DNA of 64,000 nucleotides from Pseudovirgaria hyperparasitica (Eukaryota): NCBI GenBank assembly GCA_010093815.1, contig ML996566.1; one strand, 5' to 3'. Shown piece by piece: positions 49,031 to 64,000 of this stretch (position 1 is its first letter; each line of letters starts with the position of its first letter). The notes under the pieces were generated by a model. It saw only the letters and a program-made list of their open reading frames with translations, ran no database searches and was not told where the DNA came from. The position numbers and the translations under genes were made by a program.

Positions 49031-49809
49031 TTACCAGAAATATAACAGCATCAGAAAGCAGAACGAAATAAATGATCCGAGAATGATGCCATCTCTTCGC
49101 TTCTTGGCCCCGATCCTCCCAATCAGACTATTAATCCCTGGTACTGTGCTTAATGATGCTGTGATCCTCCTGTTTACGTTCATCAATGTTTCTCGCTGCG
49201 AGGCAAAGCTCTCATTCGCTGCATATGCTTGGGCCAGGATCGAATCCGCCATATTGTTACTGTTGTCAATCCGCCTCCTCTCATCAAGCATGTACTCTGC
49301 TTCGGCAGCACCAGGATTCGATGACCGGTAGGCGTCGATGTCGGACCGCACATTCGACAGCAGATTCGCCCGGTCTCGAGCCGAGTTTATGGTAGACTTT
49401 AGCCGCGAGAGCTCTCGTCGGTGATCTTGCAGTATTTCGCGATGCCGCGACAGATTGTTCTGCTTTAGAGCGGACTGTGACGATTCTGAATCAAGGAGTC
49501 GGGTGAGTTGAGAGAGGAGGGCTTCGCGCTGCATGTATGTTTAGACATAGTCCGCCAGATGTGCATTTCTCGAGCGTACTTTGTCGAGGATTTCTATGAG
49601 CTGCGCTTCGGTGCGAGTTTCTTCCTCGGAAGGCTTTTGGGAAATGTTCGACATGGAGGCATATTGAGAATACGTATGGAAGAGCGATTCGGTCTATGCG
49701 GGTGGTCATTATACAAGCGCGTTGGCGGGTGGTACACAGCACATACCTGAGTCTCAAGTGATCTAGCTTGTTGGCGGAGTTGCGCCCATCCACCTCCAGT
49801 CGACGACAT
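49031..49809 (-). CDS. GOS1: Golgi SNARE Gos1, 224 aa; exons 49809-49747, 49693-49580, 49528-49031
   Basis: WAQLRQQARSLE, RHREILQD, RANLLSNVRSDI, PGINSLI...KRRD and a C-terminal TM anchor. Confidence 0.95.
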
Positions 49810-50047
49810 GATTTATTGAGGCAAGCGAAGTTGGGTTTGCGTTGTGGACTTATTGCCAGCTTTCTTGAAGCCTGATGATCGCATGTTTGGCTGTACCCTG
49901 AATCCTCGACTGGGGTAGTGCCAAGCCCGATGATTCCCCGTCGCTAAAGGCGCCCACACACGCTCGCAAAAGTTCGAGATGCGCTGATGCCACCCTCCCG
50001 ACAACGACACCTCACGACTAACGACAGCCCATCCCATCACTGCCAAA

Positions 50048-50570
50048 ATGGTGAGCAAAACTGCTTACTGGACACCTGATCAATGCCATTAACACGAATT
50101 TGCAGTCCACCGCGAAGGTCAAGGCCAGCCAGCTCTGGGGCAAGAACAAGGATGATCTCAAGAAGCAACTCGACGAGCTCAAGGCCGAGCTCGTGACTCT
50201 GCGCACACAGAAGATTGCCGGCGGTGCTTCGTCAAAGCTGAACAGAATGTACGCTGTCCCCTGCCATCGATTGCCAAGATTGAGAAGACACGATATTGAA
50301 CCCAGGAACTGGAACTAACGACATATCTGCAAAAACAGCCACGACGTCCGCAAGTCCATCGCTCGTGTCCTCACCATCATCAACGCCAACCAGCGCTCGC
50401 AACTCCGCCTGTTCTACAAGAACAAGAAGTACCTCCCGCTCGACCTCCGCCCCAAGCAGACGCGTGCGATCCGCAGACGGTTAACACCACACGAGGCCGG
50501 CCTGATCACCGAGAGGCAGAAGAAGAAGCAGACACACTTCCCCCAGCGGAAGTTTGCCGTCAAGGCATGA
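50048..50570 (+). CDS. RPL35: 60S ribosomal protein L35 (uL29); exons 50048-50050, 50106-50248, 50339-50570
   Basis: [38 protein letters not shown] and [11 protein letters not shown]. Confidence 0.97.
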
Positions 50571-51057
50571 GCGATGAGCGGTGTCATGTCGGTTCTGTTT
50601 TCTTATCAACCTCCACACGAGCATTGGGTTCGGGAATGTTACCATGCGACTTTCATGGGCTCAGCGATGTACTTAGACTAAAAAGATATCATGGGCAATG
50701 CCGTAATCGGTATGAAAAAGCTGTCTGGCTGATGTGGTCGGGCGTCAGTAGATCTTATCGAGGACAATGACAAACGTAACACAACATCAATGATTGCAAA
50801 GTCGATATATGGAGAAAGTCGTTCGCTTGGTGAGACTGGTGCACACACCATCATAACTGACATTAATTTAACCGTTCAGACATTAAGTTGCTCACGCCTA
50901 GGTCACTTTATAAAAGAAATGCAGACACTCACATTACTCTCATATGCAATTTTAGGGAGCCTCAAATCAAGACTTGATCGGACACGGCGGCTAGATATAT
51001 ATATATCCTGCTACCGCAACCTCGAAGAGAAGCAAGCACAAAAACGTTCCACCATTG

Positions 51058-52658
51058 TCACCTCAACCTAACCAACATAGTCTCCACATCCTCCAGATAC
51101 CCCCTCACCATCTCCGCACACCGCGCCGCCATAGCCCCATCAATAACCCGATGATCCGCACTCCAGCTAAAAACACACTCCTCCCTCCTAACCAGCTCCC
51201 CATTCTCCCCAAACGCCGGGACAACCCTCGATCGCCCAATCCCCAGTATGCCCACCTGCGGCGGCACAATCACGGGCGCGACCGCCGTGCCTCCTATACT
51301 CCCAATATTACTAATTGTGAATGTCGCGCCCGTCAGGTCGGCGCTGCTAAGCTTGCCGGCGCGGGCAAGCGAGCTGAGTCGGTGTATTTCGGCGGCAAGC
51401 GAGGTGATGGTGTGGGCCTGCACGTTCCGCAGCACGGGGACGAGGAGGCCCGCCGGCGAGTCGATGGCGATGCCGATGTTGTGTGCTGCTTTTTGGATGA
51501 GGTGGGGCTTGCTAGTGTTGCTTGTTGTGTCGAGGTGGGCGTTGAGGAGCGGGTAGGCCTCGAGGGCGAGCGAGACGGCTTTGATGATGAAGGGGAGGGA
51601 GGAGAGGGTTGGGGTGTTTGTTGTTTGTCTGGTGGCGTTGAGTTTGCGTCGGAGGGGGGTGAGGGATGTGAATGAGACGGTGTCGGTGTAGAGGAAGTGC
51701 GGGATGGAGAGGGAGCGGGTCATTGTTTTGAACATTTGGGATTGGACCGCTGTGAGGGGGAGGGTTTTGTCTTCGGCGAGGGGGGTTGGAGGGGTGGAGA
51801 GTGAGTAGGAGGGTGGTGTGGTATTGGTGTGGGAACCTGCGGCATGCTTTTGGACGTCTTCTTTTAGGACGCGGCCGTCTTTGCCTGTGCCTTGTATTCG
51901 TGTGATGTCTAGATTGCGCTCCTTGATCATGTGGCGGACAGCGGGCGTGGCGAGAGTGGCATGTTTGCTCAGTGGTCGAGACTCGTCGAACGAGGTTATG
52001 TCTCTTTCAGTCTCTGTTGTAGACAGTAGTCTAGCCTCTATCGTTGTGCCCTTGTGTTCTGATGTTTCGTTTCGGATGGACGGTCGTTCCGGGTCTTTCA
52101 CGAGCGCTTCGTCTTCTGGGGAGAGCTCTCCCTTGATGTCGATATCCACGAGTGGCTTGGGCGAAGTCAGCTTGGGTCCATCATATCTCCCTACCAATAC
52201 CAATATCTACCTTTCCAACCTTCGCCATATCGTCGGCCTCATAGTAACGCTTTTTGATTACTCCATCGAACCGCGACGTGATCTACGTGAAATCAGCAGT
52301 GCTCCCCGTACTATTCTACTGTGCTTTCTGCTCTTACCTCCACTGTCGCTTTATCCGATTGAACTTCGCAGATCTTGTCAAACTGTTCGACTGTGGCGCC
52401 CGGTTCGACGAACCATTGTATGATTTGGCATTCCGTAATTCCTGGCCATCAGTCAGCCTGATGCGACCGCGTCTCCCTCTCTCTGCCTGAGTATTTCCTA
52501 CCTTCGCCAATATCTGCCAGCAGGTATGGCTTCACCACTGCCAAGGGAGCCGAAACATGGAACTGACGGTATGGATTTTGCAAGCCTCGTAATGTGTGTG
52601 AGGAAGTCTTCTGGGCGCGCAGGCACTGACCAATTGACCTTAAAGAGACTCTATGCAT
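51058..52658 (-). CDS. Branched-chain alpha-keto acid dehydrogenase E2 (dihydrolipoamide acyltransferase), 4 exons
   Basis: Lipoyl domain LADIGEGITEC...EVQSDKA, E3-binding GTGKDGRVLKED and catalytic SADHRVIDG. Confidence 0.93.
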
Positions 52659-53277
52659 GTCTGAGGGAATTAGAAAGTACAAAAGAGACCAGCAGTATCC
52701 CGACGTGTCATATTTGAAGCGGATTTCCGAATAACAGTATGCTTTTGAAATGAGGGACGGTGTACGTTGAGCCGGTAATAGCCGCCCTGGGCGCAATAAT
52801 TCCGTACGTACCCCAGGTTTTTTTGATGGAACCGGGCTTCGGACAAGCGCCACGTGATAAACGCCTGTAGGGCTGCAGAGAAGGAAATCAGGGATCGTGC
52901 AGTTGGCACGTGAAGATACATCAACATCATCCCGTCGCTTACGATCTAGATGTTGAGTTGTTCGAATGCTTTGATTCGACTAGTTTCTCTACTATACACC
53001 GAAACGTGCTGCGCTGCAGCCCAATAGCCTATCTGTACATGAAATACCGAGACTCCTTGAATTAATCATATGGGTATTGAAACCAGAGGCCGGAAGCCAG
53101 AAGCCAGAAGCCAACCGAAAGACGCCACTGCATATTCCAAAAGAACCAAAAGTCGGGATATTTGCAGGCCATGATACGCTATAAGTAAACTCCGTCGGTT
53201 GAGATCACCAGGATCCCAACTTGAAATGCAAGTCCAACAGTCTATGTAAGACAATGAGTCATCAAGAGTGTCTAGCA

Positions 53278-53991
53278 TCAGCTAGAGGCCACAAGAGTGT
53301 CATTTGCAAGAACTTGCTTCACAACGGCGGTCGCACGCTCGCCTACATCATCAATATTGCCGCTGGCGTCAACGCAGAATACATCCAAGCCTTTCTCGTC
53401 TTCTTTAGGTTCCTCGAGGCTGGCGAATTGACTGCGGACCATGTCGTCTTTCATATAATGGCCTTTACGTGCTCTCACTCGTTGGAGAATAGTCTCCTCG
53501 TCTGTTTGGAGGTAGATGAAGTGCACAAGGACTTTCTGGTCATTGTACGAGGCCACACGGATAACATCGCGGTATTTGCGCTTCAGTGCGCTGCAGGTGA
53601 GCACGACGCCAGGAGTACCCGTGCGAAGCTTGATCTGGGAGGCTTCGCGTATGGAGATCAACCAGTCCCAACGATCAGCGTCGGTTAGCGGAGTGCCGGC
53701 GGCCATCTTCGCGATATTTTGAGGAGGGTGGTACTGCGTAAAAGAATCAGATACAGTTCAAGCAAGCGCTCCGTGCAATATGCTCACGTCATCGCCTTCG
53801 ATGTAGTCGAATGCATAGAAGTCAGCGAGATGCTTGGCTACAGTGGTCTTTCCACTTCCTGCAGGACCGGTGACGATCCATATGTGTTTGTGAACAGGGA
53901 GAGATACGGAAGCGTTCATGATGAGAGAGGTAGGTTTCGAGGTTGAGTCGCCATATGGCATGGGAGATTGGGTTTGATCTATAGTGAGCAT
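53278..53991 (-). CDS. Gluconokinase; exons 53991-53788, 53733-53278
   Basis: GPAGSGKT, EGDDYHP, PLTDADRWDWL, CSALKRKYRD and SQFASLEEP. Confidence 0.95.
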
Positions 53992-56900
53992 GTTGAAGAG
54001 ATATCCTTGATCTGGAAGGAATGTTTGAAAGGGCAAATTAGAGAATACAGGGAAGTGAGTCAATAGCTGACAGGTTAAGAGCAACAATCGACAAAGAAAA
54101 CTGTGAGGAGCGAGCAGTGGCCAGGTGAGCGGGTCGGAAGGGCAAGACAAAGCGGCTGGTCAGCAGGTTAAATGGAGCGAGCGGCCACGCGCGAGAGGAT
54201 ATAGAGAGGCTGTGGCACCGGAAAAGGGTACAGACTCCCGCCGAAGACTTCCACAATTGCTCCATGGGTATGGATCAAGGACTCCCACTCGCACAGACGT
54301 GCAAGATGGACAAAGAAAATAAGGCAAAGGTTCCTGGGAGTAGGAGGGCACCGAAAGTGTGTTGTGGCAGGGAGGGGGGGGGGTGTGTTTAGTGTTTAGT
54401 GTTTAGTGTGAGTTCTGCATGACGGCAAACCCGCACACTCGCACACTCAACACAGAACACACAGGCGATTTCTCAGAAATCCCAAACCCAAACCTTCCTG
54501 TCGGGGCTGATTGCTGATGTCACGAACGCCCACTCGCTGAAGGGGGAATCGTCACCAAGCACAGACCCCTAAGGCCCACGGGGAACCAAGCACTAAGACG
54601 CCGATTGCGTGGCGGGGCAGGCCGATTAACCAATAGGAACGCACAGGATGCCAGGTCCGCGTGCACCGTCTGCATCCCAGAATCAACGAGAAACGCTCAT
54701 CGGGCCAGAACGTACCACAAGTAGCGTGTTGTCGGCGTATGAAACTTTTGCTGTGGGGTTTCTTTTAGCCGCCGCTTGTATTCTCCCCCCCCCTTCCCCC
54801 CCCTTTCTCTCCTCCTCTCCTCGCATCACCCCTACCTACCTACCTTTAACTTGTCCTTCGCCCTCCCCCCTCCCCCCTCCCTCCCTTGCTCACCCCACGC
54901 CTCCCCTTGGTCGCACTGAAGGTTGGGGGTAGCTTATTACGCTTTTCTTTTTGTTCGTCCGTCATCGTCAGTCGCCGTCGCCGTTCGCCGTAGCCGGTTG
55001 AACGATGTCTGCAGTCTGCACTCTGCACTCTGCAGTCCCGGAGGCCAGCACGGTGGGAAATGGCAGTGAGAGTGGAAGTCGGAAGTGGCTGTCAAAAGGT
55101 GGGCCATCGATAAGGCTTCCCTGGTGCATTCTCGGCCTGGTGGTGGGCTGTATGCTTGTGCTTGTGCTTGTGCGTGTGCTTGTGCTTGTCATTGCTGATC
55201 GCAGCAGCTTTCATTGGTGATGGATGTGGGAGATGCTGTTTGACAGAGATTGATTAGGCTTGTTTCTCGCATGGCATGGCATGGCTGGCCGGAGAAAGGC
55301 TGTATGGAGGTGGATTTGAGGATTGCGCCTCAAAGCATCCCTACCTACGCCGTTGCGTTGCCGTGCAGCGGGCCATGCCTATGACGGGCAATCTAGCAAG
55401 GTGCCAGGCGGTGACGAGTGCATCGCATATCGCATATCGGAATGCGAGTAGGCGCTCTCCGGATAGGTCACGAGGCACGGTCTTCTATACTCTTTCATTC
55501 CTGGGGTCGCGCGTCAGGACAAGCTTGCGGTGAACGCGAAATATGCTACTGTATCATCCTGAGAGTTTCCTTGCCTTTGACTTTGCCGCTGACCTCTCGC
55601 TCTCACCGCTTCATTTTGGTGGTGAGCACTCAGCAAGCGATGGATCTGGCGTGCGTGGGGGTTGATGGTTAGTTACTGTACATGCTAATAGTCTTGCTAG
55701 GCTACCTTTTCAACCCTCTCTCTCTTTGCTGGCCGTGTCCCCCTGACGGCCTGATTCCACTACTGACTGAATCAAGCCCAAGCAAGTATCGGCTATCGAA
55801 TTTGACTGAAATAGATGGTAGTAGATCCAACTAATTATGGAGTCTGTAGCAGAGCATATAATTCCCTGTATTAGCACTAGCCTATTTCCGCTCCGTGCAG
55901 CCATTCGTATTCACGCGTCGTTGTCGGTAATAGCAGACACACGCATCTTCTCCTGGCGAGCAGTGTCAGCGAGGAAAAAATGCCTCGCTGCTGCATATGA
56001 ATCCACCTGGATGTGTGCGTGATGCATAGACGCCGCATCAAGTCCATCTCTGTCGCGTGTCTCGCAAACCACTCGGGACGCAATCGCGGGTCGCCGACGG
56101 TGAGAATGTCACAGACGACTGGAATGCGGGGAAGCCTGCTCTCTCACAACCTCGTCGCAGGGAAATAGCCCTTGATTCTCCTGCGCATCGACGTAACACA
56201 ACGCACATCCTGCATCGTGGTACAAGGTAAGTGGTAGATGGATAGCTCTGGATGACCGAAGACTAATCTATCCATAGCATCGCCCCAACAAAAAGACGCG
56301 TTTCATACTCTTCTACAGCCCTCCACTTTCTGCCCTCTTCCCGCACATCACGTCTGGACTGACGACCTGGCAGCTACAACACCACCTCACCCGCACCAGA
56401 GCAACTGGTGCATACGCCGTTCCTCATTCACCCGGTGCGCATCCTATCGTGGCCTGTTGCGTGACACCTGCGGAATATCAATCTTCAAGCGACCGTCAGC
56501 AGCCCGACCTCGATTACACCAGCTACCTTGGCGGCGCAGTCCTCGGCCTCCTCACCTGAAAGTGCCTCCGCAGGTCCGGAGCGATACACTCCTTCCTATA
56601 GACTCATCACTTCCATCAGCTGATTAGCCTGATCGTATATTCTGACTAGGACACAGGTGATGGTCTAAGAGCGTTGCAACAAGTCCGTACTTCTACAATT
56701 GCAGTTCAGTCAAATATTATGGCGCAACACATGTAGAATGGAGGGGTGAATCGTCAGCGAAATACCACAAAACGTCTCAATAATGGCCTGTTGTTTGCTT
56801 CGTAGGGATCCGCCATTACCTGCATAACGTATCACAGACTGCCTCCAATTATGCGCAGGCTGTGATTTCCTCGCTTAATATTCTGATACAAATGATCTCG

Positions 56901-58431
56901 ACGAAATCTTCTGAGTACTGTTACGTCTCTGCAATAGACACAATTGGCGAGTGCTAAAAAAAAAACTAGACAAGCCTATTCGCTTGATCGAGCCCGGCGG
57001 TGTGGCTCCTGGGCTCCCACAGTATACCGCTGGAGCAGATCCTCAACTGGGTCAAATCGACCCTGCATCGTCCTCGGTTCTTGACCTCGATGCAAGTATG
57101 CATCCAACAAGTACTATTTCATTGGATCATTTTCACGAGATAACGTTCAAGTCTTACGTCCATGTCTTACCGCACGGCTCGCAATTTTTTTTTCGAGTCT
57201 ATACTCTCGATTTGCATCTGCCTCTTCCACAAGAAGCTTTACATATACCGCGGCACTTGCCTTGTGACATCCGACCTACACAGTCCAATGGTGTCTCATT
57301 GTCCGATTAGAGTCATGCAAAGTTGCTGCATGTCAGACATGTTCGTATTCACTAGCTGGAACTCTGTTGCAACCTGCACGATACCAGTTGGGTGTCGGCA
57401 AAGCCTCCGGCAAGATTCGTCCTATCTGTATGGAACGAACGCATCGTGGCGTCAAGAATCATCAGCCTAACAAAGTCGGTACGGTGCGTACCGCTTCGTC
57501 ACCGCACCTAGAACTTGGCTAGATGCCACATTTGGCCATGGTGCTATGCGAAGTGTCATTAGGAACTCGGTTTCTCCATAAGCTTCCGCCTTACCTGCCC
57601 AGCGTAGACAGAGGCTAGACTGAGCGACTGAGCAGGACAGTCCTACTACGATCACCTGGGATGCTGCCGCTACTTCATTGTGCCAATAGACTGTCGTTTT
57701 GTGACCGAAATTCTGCAACGGCATGTATGGTGCGTTCACATCACCTATACCCCCCACTAGCCCCCGGCCAATAATAACTGAGGTCATACTGCGCGCTACG
57801 GGCGCTGAGGATAATAAAGTCACGAAACGTAACTCAGGTGAGGTTATCTGACTTTCCGTCTTCCAGTGTTCATATTTGCGCGATTGGTCCTGGAAATTTG
57901 TAATGCTGAGGATGACTGCCATTTGCCGAATATTTCTCGAATTGATTTGCCGACATGCCGGAATCACTCGTGGTGCCAGCAAACCAAAAGAGGATCTAAA
58001 TAAGATTAGCATATGTATCACTGAGAATACTTGACTTTGATGCAGCAGGCGCATAGCAGTATCTAGTGGTTCAAGGTTTCAATTCGGATTTGAAAATGCT
58101 TGTAACATTTCCTGGACTCTTATATTGGAAACTCAAGAATGAATGATCCATCAGAAAATGTATTATGTCTGCCTTCATTTTACAGCTTATAGAAAATGTG
58201 AGTACGAGGTTAATTATAAGTCTGATCAATGGGCTCTCCATGATTCAAGCTACAGATGACTAAGCTTAGCCTCGTACCCCGGCCTCAGGCTACCTAGGTC
58301 CAATTCGGCGAACATCAACCAACACGTTGACCTGGCTCGCGCATCATTGTCACCAAGTTGCAATTGGATGACCCGTTCGCCTTGACGACTTCTAGCTCCC
58401 ACAGCTTTTCCGAGGCCCCAAACTGCCCAAC

Positions 58432-59532
58432 ATGTCGATGTTCTTCTCAACCCCGCTCGATATCGATATCGTTCTAGAAGATACCGATGAGCGAGCTATG
58501 GTCGACGTGAAACTGGAGAAGAACAGGCGAGAGAAAGTACCGCTGTATATGGATGGAGAGTCAGTCAAGGGTGCCGTCACAATAAGACCAAAAGATGGCA
58601 AAAGGCTGGAGCATACAGGCATCAAAGTCCAGTTCATCGGCACGATAGGTACAGGCAGCAGCATCACCTCTTGCTCAAGGAGCTTCAGACTGACTCGTGC
58701 AATATAGAAATGTTCTTCGACCGAGGCAACCACTACGAATTCCTTTCGCTTGGGCAAGAGCTTGCTGCGCCGGGCGACCTCCAACATCCCCAGACGTTCG
58801 AGTTCAACTTCAAGAACATTGAGAAGCAATACGAATCATACAACGGCATAAATGTGAAGCTGCGGTACTTTGTGAGGGTCACGGTCTCGCGGCGTATGGC
58901 AGATATCGTAAGAGAGAAGGACCTTTGGGTATACTCGTATCGGATACCGCCAGAGACGAACGCGTCAATCAAGATGGATGTTGGAATTGAGGACTGCCTC
59001 CATATTGAATTTGAGTACTCAAAGTCAAAGTACCACTTGAAGGATGTAATTGTCGGACGCATATACTTCTTACTAGTTCGACTAAAGATAAAACACATGG
59101 AACTTTCCATTATTCGAAGGGAAACGACTGGCGCCGCACCGAACCAGTATAACGAGAGCGAAACTTTGGTGCGATTCGAGGTATGTCAGTACGGCGCGGA
59201 GATCTTGCAGCTACTAACTCACCATAGATCATGGATGGATCACCATCGCGAGGAGAGACAATACCGATTAGGCTGTTTTTAGGAGGGTTTGATCTGACAC
59301 CAACATTCCGCGAAGTGAACAAGAAGTACTCAACTAGATACTATTTAAGTCTCGTGTTGATCGACGAAGGTAAGGAACAAGCCCATCTATCGCTACTGGA
59401 GGTCATTTTGTGCTCACTGCTCAACTAGATGCACGTCGCTACTTTAAGCAATCAGAGATTGTCCTTTTCCGGCAAGCGCCAGAAGGGTTGACATTCAACC
59501 ACGAGCAAAACAAGCTGGTCCCAGTTACTTGA
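58432..59532 (+). CDS. VPS26: Retromer subunit Vps26; exons 58432-58648, 58708-59180, 59228-59369, 59429-59532
   Basis: YESYNGINVKLRYF, IKMDVGIEDCLHIEFEY, GETIPIRLFL and RRYFKQSEI. Confidence 0.97.
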
Positions 59533-59883
59533 GGGTTTACAGATCAGTCTTTGTGCTCGTAGTATATATCATAGGTGCCAATTGAGGCGTGATACGTCAA
59601 GAAGGTGCGCAGTATGCGAGAGGTCTGGCACTACTGAAACCCCAAATGAACGGGTCATGCACCGACTTCGGAGTCGTGTTGTTACCATGACAATGAGGCT
59701 GTAATAATCTTTAAAAGGCCCATAACATAATAGAGTAACATAGAGACGACAGTCACGCCTCATTGCGTTGTGACATGTCTCAATTTTCTGTGTCTTGGTG
59801 CACCTGCTATCTATAATAGTCCCCGGCAACGACACTGACACTTCCACTACGAACAAAATACCTTGCCCCTCCCGGCCCTCTCT

Positions 59884-60555
59884 CTACTCAATCTTCTTAA
59901 ACATGCCCGCCAGATAATCCAACGCCCCAATCGGCACCCCTTGCTCCCGCAACAAGCAATACGCCGTACTCAAATGAAAATGGAAATTCGGTATCGCATA
60001 CTCGGCCACATACCCAAGGCCCGTAAACCCGTAGTTGCCCATCCCCGTCTCCATGACAATCTGATCCGCTTCCTTGCCGTTCATGTCCTCGGGCCGGATG
60101 CTGCGCAGGATCTCAATCGTGCGTGCGATGCGCGCGTGCAGCTGCGCGAACGTCTCCTCGTTGTCGTCTAGTACGAGCGGTGCGACGCCGCCGACCCGCG
60201 TGCTGAGGAATTTGGCCGTGTTGCTGCAGGCTTGGACTTGGTAGGTGAGGCTGGTGGGCTGGTTAGTTGGGGGAGAGGGGGCCGTGTTTGGTGTGTGGGC
60301 TTTGCTTCAGTTCTGTATAGTTGGGAGGTGGGAGTGGGAGTGGGAATTAGGCAAGGAAGGGGAGGTGGGAGGTGGGGATTCAGGTAGAGACAGACAGACG
60401 TACGGACGCATGTCTTCGATGAGACGGTACTGCAGCATAGTCTCGTGCGCGATGCCCTTCTCATCCGCGTACGCCTCGCCCTTTTTGAGGATGTTCGTGA
60501 GGTTATTGAGGTACTTGATGAGGATGGGGACGGATTGGTCGTAGAGCGACGTCAT
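59884..60555 (-). CDS. DUF1993-family protein; exons 60555-60404, 60250-59884
   Basis: SLYDQSVP, RLIEDMRPLTYQVQ and PNFHFHLSTAYCLLREQGVPIG. Confidence 0.88.
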
Positions 60556-61241
60556 GTTATAGAACTCTAGAAAGGAGGGGGACTTGTTCAATTTGATGAG
60601 CGCCGTTTTTTTTCTTCTTGTTCAATTGCTGCCTTCTCAGTATATGAGGCCTTCTGGGTTTGGTAGAGACGAGATCGTGATGATTGATAGACACACTACT
60701 CTGACTGTCTAGATGACACGGCTTTATATATATACTCAACACACACGTATACATGCTGCGTCGGTCCAAACCGGCCCCGCGCGAAGCGGACGGTCGTCTG
60801 GGAACGCTAGATCCTACATACTACGTAGGACTCTGCCTAGAGGCCGGAATTGGCTTTAGAGCAGCAGACTGATCGACTAGCGGGCCGTGGTATACGGACG
60901 AAAAATGTGTTGCTGGTTTTTGTAAGCAGAACGCCCGGACGAAGACGAAGAAGAAGAGGCAGAAGCTTTGAGGATGGAGGATGGAAGTGAGTGCATTGTC
61001 TAGTGTGTCGGGATTTCAAGATGGGAAGCCTGAAACGCGTCGACTGTGGTGCCCGTAGGTACCGTGTGTGTGACTATCTTTGATGTCCCTGGTTTGTGTT
61101 GATGATCGTCGTGGCTTGGCTGAAATAGGGAAGGGTAGGGTGGACGTGAGGCTGAGGCCCCACTTTATGTGTCTTCTCATCGCATTTTGATTTCTTATCC
61201 CAGCAAATATAAATTTCTATAAGCGAATATTGCCATCAGTT

Positions 61242-61324
61242 GCATTGGTGGGTTAGTGGTATACTGAGTCGTTGCCAGTCACATTGGAATCGACTCGACC
61301 CGGGTTCGATTCCCGGTCGATGCA
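61242..61324 (+). tRNA. tRNA-Gly(GCC) with 12-nt intron (61278-61289)
   Basis: Acceptor stem GCATTGG/TCGATGC, anticodon stem AGTCG/CGACT around TTGCCA, T-arm CCGGG-TTCGATT-CCCGG and a downstream T-run terminator. Confidence 0.95.
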
Positions 61325-61695
61325 TCTCATTTTGCTTTTTGCACTTAGAATCTCAATCTCACGATGACATGACATGCATGATCCGTACATTTTGCGCTCA
61401 ACGCTGATGATCCATACAGAACCCTGCACCTAGACACGGGCTGTTCACACTTGTGGTAAATAAACAAGGACGTTCTTCAGGATCAAATGCAATGATGGTC
61501 GATCGTACAGAAGTGGATAAGCCAAATGCAACTGATAATGCTACAGGGTTACGCACATGAACGACAGGCATCAGCTACACAGTACTTATATTGGTCCGAT
61601 TGCGGAATCCTTTTTGAGTGGCAAATGATGAAAGGTCGAATACATGCTAAACCACCGACTCCTTGCGAATGCAGATATCAACGACCGCTGGACAG

Positions 61696-63650
<1,955 letters not shown>

Positions 63651-64000
63651 ATTGAAGAGCTTTGCAGCGCCAGCAAGATTTCGATAATGCACTGAGTTCA
63701 AAAAGCACAGTTTGTCATTGCACATGGGAGCTGTATTCATTCATATTCCAGGGAGATTCCACAGAGCTCGGTTGGAAGCGGCTTAAGAAAGGTGGAGGTT
63801 TCTCAGGAGGGGCTGCGATGTCGGAATTTTTGCAATTCCACGTGATTGTTTCTATTCTTCGCACGGTGGTCAACTTAATGGAAGAAAGGCAGAATGAGAT
63901 ACTTGGTCGTTGCCCGTAACTTTTTTTGCATGGTCGTATGCGAAAAGCTCATGTCTCACCATTCCATCTGCTAGCGCCCTTCGGAGCCGTACTTCGTTGC

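Noticed and set aside
56951..58054. 119-aa (+) and 195-aa (-) ORFs; LIEPGGV faintly resembles an SDR motif
   Set aside because: No other SDR motifs (TGxxxGxG, YxxxK) and no coding bias.
60251..60403. Long (153-nt) DUF1993 intron as a second snoRNA host
   Set aside because: Low-complexity C-rich sequence with no C box or rRNA-complementary guide.

Overview
Eukaryotic DNA from a filamentous ascomycete (Pezizomycotina; Dothideomycete-like is my inference). Genes have short GT-AG introns with CTRAC/CTRAT branch sites. I can support 23 intact-looking protein-coding genes, one kinase pseudogene, one intron-containing tRNA-Gly(GCC), one intronic box C/D snoRNA and several transposon relics with RIP-like mutations. 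Layout: (1) 0.9-12.1 kb has a 5-exon orphan gene whose product has two amphipathic beta-hairpin-like segments (candidate pore-forming protein) and a ~2,200-aa disordered protein with Trp/poly-Lys repeats. (2) 12.3-35 kb is gene-sparse and accessory-like. It holds a beta-lactamase-fold hydrolase between two diverged direct repeats, a probable solo LTR, a frameshifted SRPK-like kinase, an AT-rich relic, a BBE-type FAD oxidase, a NACHT-WD40 NLR, a PTH11-like membrane protein and an Fe/2OG dioxygenase-like gene. (3) 35-64 kb is mostly compact housekeeping genes: OLA1/YchF, DeSI peptidase, uS11m, TIM44, TIM54, kynurenine formamidase, stomatin-like 2, ATP10, GOS1, RPL35, BCKDH E2, gluconokinase, VPS26, DUF1993, tRNA-Gly and PUT2. 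The most notable signals are a probable dual-guide snoRNA (snR69-like plus snR38-like guides) in the 205-nt OLA1 intron, the orphan candidate pore-forming protein, and repeated ~1-kb C/A-to-G/T strand-skew flips that do not depend on gene orientation. All exon boundaries were derived by hand and no searches were run.
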